Origin: Ascoidea asiatica JCM 7603
Taxonomy: Eukaryota; Fungi; Ascomycota
Assembly: GCA_001600695.1 (NCBI GenBank)
Contig: BCKQ01000001.1
Span: forward strand, 2,389,880-2,453,879
Length of the DNA: 64,000 nucleotides
Direction of reading: 5' to 3'
Positions within the stretch are counted from its first letter, which is position 1; the number at the start of each line of letters is the position of its first letter. The notes beneath the pieces are model-generated. The model was not told the origin of the DNA. It saw only the letters and a program-made list of their open reading frames with translations, and ran no database searches. Both the position numbers and the translations under genes were made by a program. This document shows positions 1-12,335 of the stretch, piece by piece.

Positions 1-2
1 CT

Positions 3-773
3 GAATTGGCTTCATTAAAGAAATCTTTGGAAACTTCCAAAAAAGAAACAGAAACCAAAACCTCAGAGTTAAAGAAAGTTTCTGGTGAATTGAAGGTCTC
101 TACCGGAAAAAGGTCATTGTTAGAGTCGTCAGTTCAATCAATAAAATCGGAGTTACTGCAATCCATTGAAAAATGTAGGTTGTTGGAAAATGAGGTTGAG
201 CAAAAAAAAAGTGTATATGAAAAAGTTGTTCGTGACTACGATCTTCTTTTGGAAGCAAATGCTGAATTGAAATCAAGTTACAATGAATTAACTGAGGACC
301 TTTTAAAAATCAAGGAAACATTAATTGATGCTAATTCAGAAATCATTATATTAAATAAGGCTAATGCTGAAGCTGTTCGACGTATTGATTCATTGAAGAG
401 GGATTGTAATTCCAAAGCAAGTCAATTGGAAAAACTCTCTCAGCAGTATAATGTGTCTAACAGTAAAGTGCAAAGTTATGAGAAGCTTCTAGCTAATACT
501 AAAATTCAATTGGAATCGAATAATGCCAAATTAGTTCAATCGGTGAAGGATATGAATGACAAATTTGATTCTAAGTCAAATGAATTGGTTATTGTTTCCA
601 ATGAGTTAAAGGCTGCTAAAGATCAGACTCTTTTATTAAGTACTGAACTTAATAAATTCAAAAATATTGTTAGGGATTTGAAAAAAGAAGCTATTGAAAA
701 GCAATCCTTGATTGGAAAACTTCAAAATCTTAAAGTCATTGATGTATCTCCGGGAGTTAAAGGAACGGTATGA
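3..773 (+). CDS. 5'-truncated long coiled-coil protein; paralog of the 13980-17063 gene
   Basis: The frame is open from the window edge (GAA TTG GCT...), so the TTG at 6 is not a real start. K/E/S/L-rich heptads. The C-terminal segment aligns to the 13980-17063 protein (KSNELVIVSNELK...STELNKF vs KSKDLVKTSAELK...ASELNKF). Confidence 0.8.
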   Translation, partial: ELASLKKSLETSKKETETKTSELKKVSGELKVSTGKRSLLESSVQSIKSELLQSIEKCRLLENEVEQKKSVYEKVVRDYDLLLEANAELKSSYNELTEDLLKIKETLIDANSEIIILNKANAEAVRRIDSLKRDCNSKASQLEKLSQQYNVSNSKVQSYEKLLANTKIQLESNNAKLVQSVKDMNDKFDSKSNELVIVSNELKAAKDQTLLLSTELNKFKNIVRDLKKEAIEKQSLIGKLQNLKVIDVSPGVKGTV

Positions 774-1149
774 TGATAGTTCACACCTTTTTTGATTTGG
801 CTTTTAAACAGCTTTTTTTTTTGGATTACTTAATTTATGTGTTGTTTTATATGGGCTCTTAGATTTTATAACCATTTCAATATTTTTGTTTCTTAATTTG
901 TTGTATGATCTCGCTTGTCATTTTAATGTTTTTTTCTTTTAAGTTATAAAATCCTTAGTGGTTTCAATGTTTCAAATAATGGATTTCAAATTCATTATAT
1001 TTTTTTTGTGTTTATTATTTCTATTTAATATATGTATATCCCTTTTACTACATTTTCATTGTGACATTTTACAATAGTTGCACAAAATAACTATCTAATA
1101 CAATAATCCTGAAACGTCAAATATTAGTTTATTCTGTTTGTTTATTCAA

Positions 1150-2700
1150 GAATTCAGAATAAAATTTTTAAACTGCCTCAAATATAACTTCTGATTTCAT
1201 TCGAATTTTGGCTAATCAAATTAACATAGTTTTTTACTAAGAAAAAATTAAAATCGTTTGGACTAATTTTTCCACTTTATATATTGATTAATCTGTTTAT
1301 TATCTATAAACTATTCCAATAAATATCAAAAATTCAACAACTTTGAATAATTATTTGTCTGATAGACACATATCAGGTAATTTCTGATTCTGTAAAGTTG
1401 ATTTAAGCCCACTTATATACAGACTTGAAAAATTGAGATTGGACCGATAATTATCTTTGATTTGAATTTTATAAAGACATTCATTATAAATCATAATTTC
1501 CTTATCTGAATTCGAGGTTAATAACATGATATATTTTTTCGCAGTTATGGATCTTTTGAAGGGATCAACTTATCATCAAAAATTTTGGACTGTGAATGTA
1601 TCATTTGTATTATTGTCTATATATTTACGACTCTTGGTATTAATAAATTTTGCCAATGACTACTAGTACATTTTCAAAGAAATGTAATTGATTGTTATTA
1701 TTACTTTATACCCATAGCCTAAATTTTTGAAAAAAATTTGATGAAAGATGTTTATTAACTTATAGTTCATTAAAACTTTTAGATTTTCAGGTTTGAGATA
1801 ACTGCTGTTTTTATCAATTATGTTTTGAAAGTAATGAAAATTTGGAATGCCATTAAAGAAAGGAAAATAATGTTGTGTTATTCGAATTAATAATGCAATA
1901 ATATTTTTTCCTCAAAAGCATATATTATTTAGGAAATATGAGAAGATTGTTGTGCTTCGACTGAAATTATTTTACATACGTGTAGGATTATGAGACTTTA
2001 GCTTAATTTGAATTACCCGAATTATTTACAACCAGATAAATTTTCAATATATAATGTTGTAAAATTAATATACCCCTTCTCTATAATGTGTACTTTAAAG
2101 TAGACAATTTGGTTTGAAATTACATTGTTTTAGTCTGCAGCACTTTTGAAGCAGATTATCAATATTTTTGTTTGATTGCTTTCCTCAAAGAGTTAAAGAA
2201 TTATGTCGATTATGTGTCCACTAATGAAATTGAAGAGGATATGATCAGTATATTTTAGATTTTCAATAGAATTGATTTTATAACTCAATTAACTGGTCAT
2301 ATACAATTTTTGTAGAAAAGTACTCAGCTGAGACAAGAAATATTAGATATAAGTATCAATCGACTTTAATTGGGGATATAATTTCAAGAATTCATGATGA
2401 AAGAGTAAACATTTTTTTATAAATACCTCCAACTGAAAGCCAATTTATTATAATATAGGAATAGAAACATTTCAAGAAAGAGGGAATGATAATATACTAA
2501 ATTAATGAAAAGATAAAGAATTATGTAATGGTTAAGTATTTATAGTTTTTTTTGATAAACAAATTAAGGAAATATGAATTTAAATTTTGCTTAGAAAGCT
2601 AAGGTCTTTGAACGAATACTATGGTGATTTATAAGGGCTTGGGAAAATATTGGGAATGTATTTGTTATCCTAATATCTTGCCTAGATTACGCGATATTAT
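1150..2700 (+). pseudogene. Possible decayed gene relic
   Basis: Coding-like fragments broken by many stops, e.g. KKKLKSFGLIFPLYILINLFIIYKLF, AVMDLLKGSTYHQKFWTVNV and FEADYQYFCLIAFLKELKNYVDYVSTNEIEEDMIS. No family recognised. Confidence 0.25.
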
Positions 2701-2774
2701 GCTGAATGTTTTTTACGGAGTTGTCTGCTGCAGAGCTTAATAACGTTCAAAACCTTGTTTAGATTGACGTTAAA

Positions 2775-2862
2775 TATTTGCGGCTGGTGGCCAAAGCTCG
2801 GCTAGAGCTAATTGAATTGGCACGTGTCTTTTAAATGATAAGCCATCAGTTTGGGACAAATA
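2775..2862 (+). other. Small GC-enriched nested hairpin
   Basis: TATTTG 2775-80/CAAATA 2857-62; GGCTGGTGGC 2782-91/GCCATCAGTT 2842-51 (3 G-U); AGCTC 2795-99/GAGCT 2805-09. E-box CACGTG at 2821-26. Confidence 0.4.
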
Positions 2863-3551
2863 CTTAAGGCAATTTCCATCGCCACATAATAAAACTTTCC
2901 AGTCTCAATTCAACAAGCAGTGCATAAGTCTGCTGATTTTAGGAATTTGATTGTTGACAATTGTCAATTAAAAACAGCAATAATAATCTTTTGAAAGATT
3001 TTACAAATTTGAAAAATAAAATGAAATGAATACTCATCAGAAGAGCCTTCCAAATGTTGTATAATTCTTTTATTTTATTGTTGATTACATATTATTATTA
3101 TATAATTATTATATTAATACTGATATTAGTGATTATTGTTAATTATTGTTGATGATTGTTGATTTTTATTATTTAATGAATAAAAAAACTATTTTCAAAA
3201 ATTGTCGATTGATATAATATGTATTGTATGTATATTTATTTTAAAAGGACAATAACTTTTCATTTCCTATTTTTTTTTTTGACTATTAAAATTCGGAAAT
3301 CGGGGGAGCTAATCTACTAATATTTTCACTTGAACTTTATGCAAAGTCCAACTTGTATATCAGCATTTGTCTTTATCGAACAACTTGCAGATCATTTTTG
3401 ATAATTTTTTTTTATTATAGTTTACTTTACTTTTTTTTCTTACTTATTTTTGATTTAGTTTTCTTTATATCTGCTGTGTTGCTTACTTTTAATATTTGGC
3501 TTAAAAATTATTGAATTCTTTGAAAAAAAAGGATAAAAAAAAATACAAAAA

Positions 3552-3683
3552 GGAAAAGGAAAAGGAAAAGGAAAAGGGAAAGGAAAAGGAAAAGGAAAAG
3601 GAAAAGGGAAAGGAAAAGGAAAAGGAAAAGGAAAAGGAAAAGGAAAAGGAAAAGGAAAAGGAAAAGGAAAAGGAAAAGGAAAA
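3552..3683. repeat. (GGAAAA)n polypurine hexanucleotide microsatellite, about 22 units
   Basis: Read directly. Two GGGAAA variant units sit exactly 30 nt apart (3576, 3606). Confidence 0.95.
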
Positions 3684-4314
3684 GAAAAAACTTTTAAAAT
3701 TGAAACTAATAAAAATTTGAAAAAAATTTGATAAAAAATAAAGTAAGAGTGAAAGGTTAAAATTTGAAAAATGTTTCTTTCCGAAAAGGGGTCCAAATCA
3801 CCCCTGATAAAAAGATAACTAAAATAGTATTTCTAACAAAAATTTAAAATTAATGGCTGCAAAATTAAAACCAAAAAAGTTTATTTGTAAAATAATACAA
3901 ATAAAATGAGGAAGTTTTGATTGCAATTTTTTTTTCTTTTTTTTTTTTTTGAAGTGATTTTTCGATCGTTTTATAATTTTTTTGAAAATTTTTTTTTTTT
4001 CATTTGTAATTAAAAGTTGAATAAACATAGTTAAATAAATAAATATAATAAGTAATTTTGAAGAAGGAATGAGTTTAAAAATATATTGCACATGATTTAA
4101 AAAATAACGAAAAGTGCCAGCAGAAAACTTGATGTAAAGAAAAGATTGAAAAATCCAGAATAGTTAGAAAGATTTTAGTAGGATTCAATTCCAAACAGAA
4201 ATCAATTTTCTTTGTTTTTAAACAATTTAATTTTGTCACGAATATCTGATTTGGTTTCTAATAATCTGAAATTTTTATTCCATATTAATCATTTCTCTTC
4301 AGCGATATAGTGAT

Positions 4315-6762
4315 TTAGCATGCGCTTATACTGGTGTAACCCCAATTTAAAGCTTTGTTTTCTCTTTTGTTGAATCCTTTGTAATTATTTAAAATGGAAT
4401 AACCACCTAGTCCATTATTATTAATGGAACCGTTGTTTGATGGATAAATATTTGAATTATAGGAGTTAATTTCATAGTTATTATTACCATTATTATTATT
4501 AGACTCATTAAAATTATGAACGGAAGTAGACGTTTGAGATGCGTCTAATCCATAATAAGAAGATGATCTGCTATTACAATGAGAAGATCCTCTATAACTA
4601 CTGGTTGAATAGTTCAAATAATTATTTTCATTGACAGTATTACTAGACTCATAAAAATTATCAGAATTATTTGAAGTGTTTTTAGTTCCAAAATCTGTCT
4701 TTTTCCAAATATCATTAGAAATAGTACTGGAAAGATTTTTTTGTGGTGATGAAATTAAATATTTTTGATTTTGAGGTTGATTTTGGCATTGACCTTGAAT
4801 ATTGGAAATATTAGGATCATAGTAATTGAAAGATGCATCCCTAGGATGAGAATAATAATCATTCTCATAATCACATGCAGATGTTCTAGGTGTAGGCAAT
4901 CCAATATTATTGTTCAGTATGGTTGAAACATTGGTATTATTATTCAAATTAGAAACAAAAGTATTTGAATCACGACAGTTCAAAGCTGTATATAATGGCG
5001 ATGATAGAATTGGAGAAGAACTAAGGGATGAGATGTTGTTATTATTATTATTGTTATTATTTTGAAAGGATTGATTTTGTGGCAAATTTTGAGAATGAGA
5101 TTGATAAGGAATAGCTGTTAATGGAGAAGATAGCATTGAAGAAGTTGTTGAAGATGCGATATTAAATTGTCCATATTTTATATAGTTTTGATAGAGATTT
5201 TCAAATTTATTATATTCGTCGAATCCGCTGATTGAATTGTTTTTGATAGCAGACTTTTTAGGATCAGAATCATAGGCGGGATCTTTAACCAATAGATCAT
5301 TTTGAGGAAGAAAACCATTATTATTTTGTTTGAAAATAATCAACCATGGCTTAGATTTTAAATATGAACAATGTGGTTGTTGGTAGTGACTAGGTGATGA
5401 TAATGGCGAAGAAGAATAGGATGAAGATTGTAAATGAGTTTGAATATCAGAATCAAAAGCAGAAACTTTAAAATGTAAATCAAATTTGCAAAGGTTTAAC
5501 CAGTCTCTTTCATAATTATTTAATTGATCTAAGGATAAACCAGTTGCATCAGACCAAGATTTATTGGTGAAGGTATTATCATCATTAAACTTATTAGAAA
5601 TAATTAAAGATATGATTAAATAAATGAAAATTAAGTTATCATCTTGGAATTGAATTCTATTATAAGAATAACTAGAATTCGAATTAATAAAATTTAATTT
5701 TCGGTTTAAATAAGTTAATGCCAATATCAAAGATGATTTAGGCAATCTTGTAGCAGCTAAAACATTCTTTAGATTTGAAACAAAAGTACTAGGAGGATTA
5801 GATACGGTTGGGTTCATTGATTTATACGTAAATAAAGAAACAAAGTTAGACATTTGATTTAAATCATAATCAAGATGCTGAGATACTCCACCAGTAACAG
5901 GCTCCTCTTTGCGAATTTGCTGTTGTTGAGACAGTGAAAATGATTCTGGGTTCTTGTAACTATAGTCATCTCTATAATAGTTATTTACATTATTAATAGT
6001 ATTAGCATTACCAATATTACTAACATTATTATTCGACATGTTAGAAATAGTTGATTGGGCTTGAAATGGAATGTTATTAATTTGATTTTGATTTTGATTT
6101 TGATTTTGATTTTGATTTTGATTTTGATTTTGATTCTGAAATTGAGGTTGAGGTTGAGATTGAGATTGAGATTGGGATTGGGATTGGGATTGGGATTGAG
6201 GTTGAGGTTGAGATTGATTTTGATTTTGATTTTGAGTAGTAGAAGTAGAATTATAATTATAACTATTATCATAACCATAATTATTACTAGTGTTAACAAC
6301 TTCATTGGAATTATTGATAGACTTACTATCAAGATTGATATTGTTAATAGAATTCAAAATCTTCATATTATTTGAGTAATAAGTAGTTGAATTATGATTA
6401 GGGGAATAATAATTGATATTTGAATCAGTAATATTATTGATAGAGTTATTATTGATATTTTCATTAATATTCAAAGTAGTTTCATTATAAGTATTAATGA
6501 AATTGTTTGAATTATCAATTGAATTATAATTATTACCAGATTGAGAGGAATATTGTGGGTTATAAGATTGAGTAGAATTATAAACAGTATTATAAGATTG
6601 ATTATCATTATTATTATTATTGTCGTTATTATTATATGGAGTAATATTATAAGAGTTGATATAATTTTGATTATAATTTTGATTGTAGGATTGATTATTA
6701 GGAGTATACGATTTTGAATCATCAAAATATCTTAAATAAGATACTGGACCGCCAATAGACAT
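4315..6762 (-). CDS. CLG1: Pho85 (Pcl-family) cyclin-like protein, CLG1 type, with Asn/Gln-rich flanks
   Basis: EEPVTGGVSQHLDYDL motif followed by the cyclin box VLAATRLPKSSLILALTYL...SNKFNDDNTFTNKSWSDATGL...ERDWL. Confidence 0.85.
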   Translation of the reverse strand: MSIGGPVSYLRYFDDSKSYTPNNQSYNQNYNQNYINSYNITPYNNNDNNNNNDNQSYNTVYNSTQSYNPQYSSQSGNNYNSIDNSNNFINTYNETTLNINENINNNSINNITDSNINYYSPNHNSTTYYSNNMKILNSINNINLDSKSINNSNEVVNTSNNYGYDNSYNYNSTSTTQNQNQNQSQPQPQSQSQSQSQSQSQSQPQPQFQNQNQNQNQNQNQNQNQNQINNIPFQAQSTISNMSNNNVSNIGNANTINNVNNYYRDDYSYKNPESFSLSQQQQIRKEEPVTGGVSQHLDYDLNQMSNFVSLFTYKSMNPTVSNPPSTFVSNLKNVLAATRLPKSSLILALTYLNRKLNFINSNSSYSYNRIQFQDDNLIFIYLIISLIISNKFNDDNTFTNKSWSDATGLSLDQLNNYERDWLNLCKFDLHFKVSAFDSDIQTHLQSSSYSSSPLSSPSHYQQPHCSYLKSKPWLIIFKQNNNGFLPQNDLLVKDPAYDSDPKKSAIKNNSISGFDEYNKFENLYQNYIKYGQFNIASSTTSSMLSSPLTAIPYQSHSQNLPQNQSFQNNNNNNNNNISSLSSSPILSSPLYTALNCRDSNTFVSNLNNNTNVSTILNNNIGLPTPRTSACDYENDYYSHPRDASFNYYDPNISNIQGQCQNQPQNQKYLISSPQKNLSSTISNDIWKKTDFGTKNTSNNSDNFYESSNTVNENNYLNYSTSSYRGSSHCNSRSSSYYGLDASQTSTSVHNFNESNNNNGNNNYEINSYNSNIYPSNNGSINNNGLGGYSILNNYKGFNKRENKALNWGYTSISAC

Positions 6763-7617
6763 TATGAAAAGTATAGTTAAAATTATAAATGATAAATTAT
6801 AAATAATAAATAACTAATGAATAAAGATTGAAGATATTGTTCTTTAATTTTTTACTTAAACTTGATTTTATATGGATGTGAATAATGATTATTAATATTA
6901 GGCGATAACTTAGTTAAAAGGTCGCTTTAGATTTGATGGATGATTTATAATATAAGAAGTTAATCTAACTATTAATCTTTTTGGATTGTTTTGATTATTT
7001 TTTTTGTTTTGCTTTCTTTTCTTCAGTAAATTTCTTGAACTCTTTATTTTCTTTTCTTATTTTGAATCTAAAATCTCCTTTAAATTATTTTTGATAAAAA
7101 TAGTAAAAGTAATAATAAAAATTATTACAAAAACTTTTTTGAAAGAAATAAGATAAAATTAGAAAGAACTTTTCTTTGATATCAAATATTGAATACTATA
7201 AAATTAAAAAATTTGACAAAAAAGTTATAAGTATAATATTATAAATTTATAAGTTTATATTCACCTCTATTTCACTTCTTAAAAATATGATTGAATTTGA
7301 GTTATATTTAAATCTTATATTCTTTAATTTTTTATTTTTTTTACTTTTTTTGATCTTTGTTTTGAAAACAAGTATATAAGAATAACTTGATAATTAAATA
7401 CCAAAATCTTTTAACAAAAATGTTTTGAGTAAAAACAGTAGATTATAAGTTAAAAAGATAATACAGTATAGATTACTTTTTTTCTATGAAAGAAAAAAAT
7501 AACCTAAGATTATTCTTTCTATTTTCTCCTAAAGGAAAATGAATGAAGGGAGAACCTTTATTGATATGTCAGTGTTTGTTGATTTCTCTAGGATGAGAAG
7601 TAAAGAAACAAAAAAAA

Positions 7618-7647
7618 GAAGAAGAAGAAGAAGAAGAAGAAGAAGAA
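7618..7647. repeat. (GAA)10 tract, a pyrimidine tract on the CLG1 sense strand
   Basis: Read directly. Confidence 0.9.
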
Positions 7648-7769
7648 AAAGAAGTTAAAAAAAGTAGAAGAAGAAACTATTAAATCAAATCTTAAAAAAC
7701 CAGAAGAAATTTTTATGATTCACGAAAAGCAAAAAGAGAAAAAGAGAAAAAGAGACACATAAATAGTTA

Positions 7770-8010
7770 TGCGCGCAGGGCTTTCTTTGTGCGTTGCGTG
7801 CAAATTCAAATCGTGCCCAGTATAAATTCCACATATGGCTGTATTTATGGCGATTATGTATGAAGTTTGTGGCTGTGTTGGGTTGCTATAACATTATGTG
7901 TGCGCGGAACTAGCGCCAGTTTAAAAAACTTTCCCAAATTTCTATGTAGCAATGCAATATATCACCTGACAGCAAGAGAAAAAGCGGTGTTTATACGCAA
8001 CGCACCAGTG
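7770..8010. other. GC-rich island with 11-bp perfect inverted repeat upstream of CLG1
   Basis: GTGCGTTGCGT 7789-7799/ACGCAACGCAC 7995-8005; inner TTGCTA 7883-88/TAGCAA 7947-52. Confidence 0.55.
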
Positions 8011-9503
8011 AAAATTTTTGTTTTTGCTGTTATTGTTGTTCTTGTTGTCGATTTTGCGGACTTGGGAGTTTTCCATCGAGCTCATCAACACTAAAATATT
8101 TTAAGAATATCAGAGAAGTGGAAATGAGCATCAATAGCAAGTGGTTCTTGTTCATGTTTTTATTTTTCTTGGAATTTCTCTTGCTCTTGGAATTTCCTTC
8201 TCTTGAGATGGGATGACCAAATGCTTCAAATACTACTTTTACTTTTACTTCTATTACTACTACGAGCAATGAATGCTACTGTACCAATAATATATGGTTT
8301 AAACTGCTTCAACAACAAACGCTTAGGTAGCTTTGGCTCGTTGCAAAAATTAACAAAAGTATTGAAACTTTTCCGCAACGAGGAATTGCTTTTTCTCCTA
8401 TTTTCCCTCTGGTGCGCATTATGATAGAACGGTAGCATTACCATACTGAGATATTATTGTAATCGTGCTAGCAACTGATATAGCCCATTTCACTCGTATT
8501 ACAATCAAGGTTCCCCGTTCCGCTAATTAGCAGCAGCAAAAAGTGTATTTACAACAACAGCGAAAAAAACAATTGCAGTTGTATTTTTGTTTTCAGGTTT
8601 TCTCGTGATTGGAGCTTTATTCCAGCTCCGCACAAACTTTCAAGTTTATTTTTTTAAATCGCGCTTGTCTTTTACTCTAGACTTCTTTTTAAAAATCTTT
8701 CTTTTACAGGTATTTTGTTTTGTGAACTTTTTTTAGATGAATTGCTTTTATTACTTTGAAAATGTGAAAGAGCTACTAGCTACCATAAAAAAAGCAAAAA
8801 GAAGAGCACATTTACTCGCAATGAACATCCGCTTTAAACGAGAATATAAATAATAATTACGTTCAAGAGTCAATTTTAGGTCGAACTGTTTTCTTCAAAA
8901 CTGAATTAGTTTTATTAACTATATAATATTAACTTGTCGAACCATCTGTTGATAATCAATCTGGCAAATTAAGCAAAAAATACTACAATTACTTTAGAAT
9001 CGGAAATAAAGGCAGTTTTCAACAGATTTCAATTTCATATCATAACTTAATAACTGCATGCTTCCTTGGCTTTATTTCTTGGGATCAGTGGTAATACCAT
9101 CACATGTTTATTTATTATTTTTTTCAAATGAAGATAAAGAACAACAATCACGTAAATTGTTTTTCTTGAGTTTTCCGTTAAAAGATTACCCTTCTTTTTG
9201 TTTTTTAGTTTTACTATTTCTTCAAAAACCACTGTGTTGGTTTTGAAACTCAATGTAGGTTTGTACTTTATTCTAAATTTTCAGCCAGCTCTAGTTCTCA
9301 AATGGATCAGATGTTGGATGTTCAAGTACATTACTTGATATTGACTATCTTTTTTAGCCATTTAAGTTACTATTCATACTTCATTTATTTTTTTATAAAA
9401 AATTTACTCATTAACAACTTTTTAATTATAAAATTAATCAAGTTATCCTTTAACAATTTCGTTGTTAAATATTATCTAACCAAAGCATCACTTTTCTATA
9501 TTT

Positions 9504-11495
9504 CTATTCTTGAAAACTATTAGCATTTTCATTAAGAATATTTTTTATAATAAATTCATTAGTGGAATTTGGATCATCAAATTTATTAAAATTAATTCCA
9601 GAATAGAATCCAATTTGATTTCCATTATTAAAATTAAGATTACCTTTTTCTATTATGCGTTGTGGATTTGTATTTTGATTTTGATTTTGATATTGATTTT
9701 GACTTTGATTTTGATTTCTCAAAATATCTTCTTTTTGCTTAGCTTCAATTAATAATGGTCTAATACAAACCCAGCCAGTTTCAGTTTTAAAATGTCTTCC
9801 TAACGCATCTGATCTTGCAAATTTCCTACCACATCCCCATGTTGTAACTTTATCACCTAATACTCCTCCACATTTATAATTTCTAACACCTTCATGCAAA
9901 ATTTCATGTCTATTTTTATCATGATTTCTTGCAAATTTTCTACCACAATATTTACATCCGTATGGTTTCTCATTAGAATGTGTCTTTTGATGTGATCTTA
10001 AATTATATGGTCTTAAAAATACTTTTTCACATTTATCGCATGGATATGTTTTATTTTGAGATTTATTTTTTGATTTACTTACAACTGTTGAATTATATGA
10101 TCTAGTTGATAAACAAGAACCGGAATTTGAATTGGAAGACGAAGGAATTGAACTAAAAGTAGTATTAGGAACAGAAATAGGATAAATTGAAGAAATTGAG
10201 GATCTTGGCGAACTTAAAGAGATAGATGGTGAACACATAGATGAAACAGAGGATCCTGAAGAAACTGAAGATAATGAAGACCCTATAGAATTCATAGAAT
10301 TTATGGAACCTATAGAACCTGTAGGATATGAAGTATCTCCCAATATCTGAGAATTCTTTTTTAAATTATTTGTTGAATTAACATTGATATTATTCTCAAT
10401 CAATATATTTTTCTTTCGACGACGATTTGGCAATCCAGAATTATTCGCTGCAGTATTTTCTGCAACTTCAAGAGCAGCCGAAATTGCAGATTGAGTAATT
10501 TGAATTTTATTATTATTATTATCAAATACACTTGCAATTACTTGATTATTATTTTTAAATTCTTTGATTTTTTCCTGTCTGCTTTTAATATTAATACTAT
10601 TGGTATCATTGATTATATTTACATTACCATTAATTCTTGATTTTTTTAATAATGATGTTGCAGGCAATATAAATGGATATTTATTACTTTGACTATTGAT
10701 TTGATTATTAGAATTTATAAGAGAGTTTGGGTCAATTGTAATATTATTGATATTATTAGATAACGAGATATTATTTCTACTGTATTGAAACGGAAATTGA
10801 TTTTGATTTTGATTTTGATTTTGATTTTGATTTTGATGTTGATGTTGATGTTGATGTTGATGTTGATGTTGATTTTGAGTTTGAGTTTGATTCTGATTCT
10901 GGTTTTGATTGGAATTTCCACTCATCATTAGATCGAAAGGATTTAAAGAATTTAGTTGATTAGAATTGAAATTTTGTAGCATATTATTATTTGAATATAA
11001 ATTATTTAGTTGAAAATATTCTTGTTCATTGATGTTTTGGGCAGAACTATTTTTATTATTGGAATTTTTATTTTTAAAGTTACCATCATTAAAAATATCG
11101 TTATTAAAGTTATTATTATTAAAAGGATTATTGTCCATCAATTGAAAATCTCTATTGAAATTGAAATCTGATTTAAAATTAATATCAAAGTTGTTTTCAA
11201 AATTAAATTCACTTTCACTAGTAAAATATGAGTTGAAATGTTGGAATAAAGTTTGACTACTATCAATTGAGTTTAGTGAAGAATTGATTGATGAATTAGA
11301 ATCTAAGGAAATTGAAGGTGAAGGAAATTTTGAATTAATGAAAGTTGCGTTGGGAGTAGAAGGAGTTGAATCAAAAATGTAAGACAACAAATTAGAATTA
11401 TTCAAATTATCAATAATATTTTTATTGTATTTATCACAAGAGATATAATTTGATGAATTGAAAGTATTTAAGTTTTCAGTTTTTTGATCAGACAT
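9504..11495 (-). CDS. CRZ2: C2H2 zinc-finger transcription factor of the Crz1/Crz2 family
   Basis: [21 protein letters not shown]...[21 protein letters not shown]...CGG...[22 protein letters not shown] is the Crz1-family three-finger signature. The divergence from canonical Crz1 suggests the Crz2-like paralog, so the symbol is less certain than the family. Confidence 0.75.
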   Translation of the reverse strand: MSDQKTENLNTFNSSNYISCDKYNKNIIDNLNNSNLLSYIFDSTPSTPNATFINSKFPSPSISLDSNSSINSSLNSIDSSQTLFQHFNSYFTSESEFNFENNFDINFKSDFNFNRDFQLMDNNPFNNNNFNNDIFNDGNFKNKNSNNKNSSAQNINEQEYFQLNNLYSNNNMLQNFNSNQLNSLNPFDLMMSGNSNQNQNQNQTQTQNQHQHQHQHQHQHQNQNQNQNQNQNQFPFQYSRNNISLSNNINNITIDPNSLINSNNQINSQSNKYPFILPATSLLKKSRINGNVNIINDTNSINIKSRQEKIKEFKNNNQVIASVFDNNNNKIQITQSAISAALEVAENTAANNSGLPNRRRKKNILIENNINVNSTNNLKKNSQILGDTSYPTGSIGSINSMNSIGSSLSSVSSGSSVSSMCSPSISLSSPRSSISSIYPISVPNTTFSSIPSSSNSNSGSCLSTRSYNSTVVSKSKNKSQNKTYPCDKCEKVFLRPYNLRSHQKTHSNEKPYGCKYCGRKFARNHDKNRHEILHEGVRNYKCGGVLGDKVTTWGCGRKFARSDALGRHFKTETGWVCIRPLLIEAKQKEDILRNQNQSQNQYQNQNQNTNPQRIIEKGNLNFNNGNQIGFYSGINFNKFDDPNSTNEFIIKNILNENANSFQE

Positions 11496-12049
11496 TAAAA
11501 AATTATTAAAAGTTCCAGGCTAAAAGCTTTGGCAGATTTACTAATTATCTATTCTTATAATTACTTTTCTTTGATTTTTTATTCAATAAAATAGCTTTTA
11601 TTAAAAAATTTAAAGTTTTAGATTTATATTTTGAAATGTGAAATTGGAAGTATGAAATTTAGGATTTAGGATTTAAAAATAAAGACTTTTTGCTTAAAGG
11701 ACCCTTGATGTTCAAGATTCTTATATAATTACTTGTAATAATCATTATTAAAAGCCATTGATGAATAAAACTTAGATGATGAATGAATGTTTATATATAA
11801 AATTTTTGCAAGTGAAACAAACAATTTACTGAGGTTTTTAAATTTTGAATAAAAAAAAAATAATAGTAAATAAGTTAGAATTAAGTTTATTGAATGAAAA
11901 TTCATAATCAGTAAAAGTAAACAAGAGAAATGATACAGAACATTATCGGCAAGGTTATAAGAGTAAAAAAAGTCTGCTAGTAATAGGCATAATCAATTAA
12001 CATCTAATGACTTTTCAAATGACAGATTCTAAAACTCAATTGAAATGTG

Positions 12050-12335
12050 AGACACTCCGATTCCGACCACTCAACTGGAAACAGGCACTATGGTCGGAAG
12101 TGTGTGTACCGCACGCAGTCCAGGCCTGCTTGGTTTGCTTGGACTGCTTAGGCCACCAGAGCACTAAGGCACTAAAGCAGTAACCACAATGTTTATTTAC
12201 TTGCCAGGGGCAGTGTCCTGAACTGTGCTGCGGACAGCTCTCTGAGCAAACTGCGGTCGGGACAAGTCTTTAGGGACAACACACTCGGGACAGAGTGTTG
12301 AACCGGGCGCCGCTCTACTTTGAAGCACTGCAAAC
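12050..12335. other. GC-rich island with tandem hairpins and a 14-nt periodic GGGACA motif
   Basis: TTCCGACCA 12061-69/TGGTCGGAA 12091-99; GCAGTCCAGGC 12115-25/GCTTGGACTGC 12137-47; ACACTC 12281-86/GAGTGT 12293-98. GGGACA at 12259, 12273 and 12287. Confidence 0.6.

Noticed and set aside
3455-3796. ORFs encoding poly-FP / poly-KE
   Set aside because: Translations of the (GGAAAA)n microsatellite with non-ATG starts.
12259-12292. CRISPR-like repeat-spacer array
   Set aside because: Only three 6-nt motifs with 8-nt spacers in a eukaryotic genome; no cas genes.
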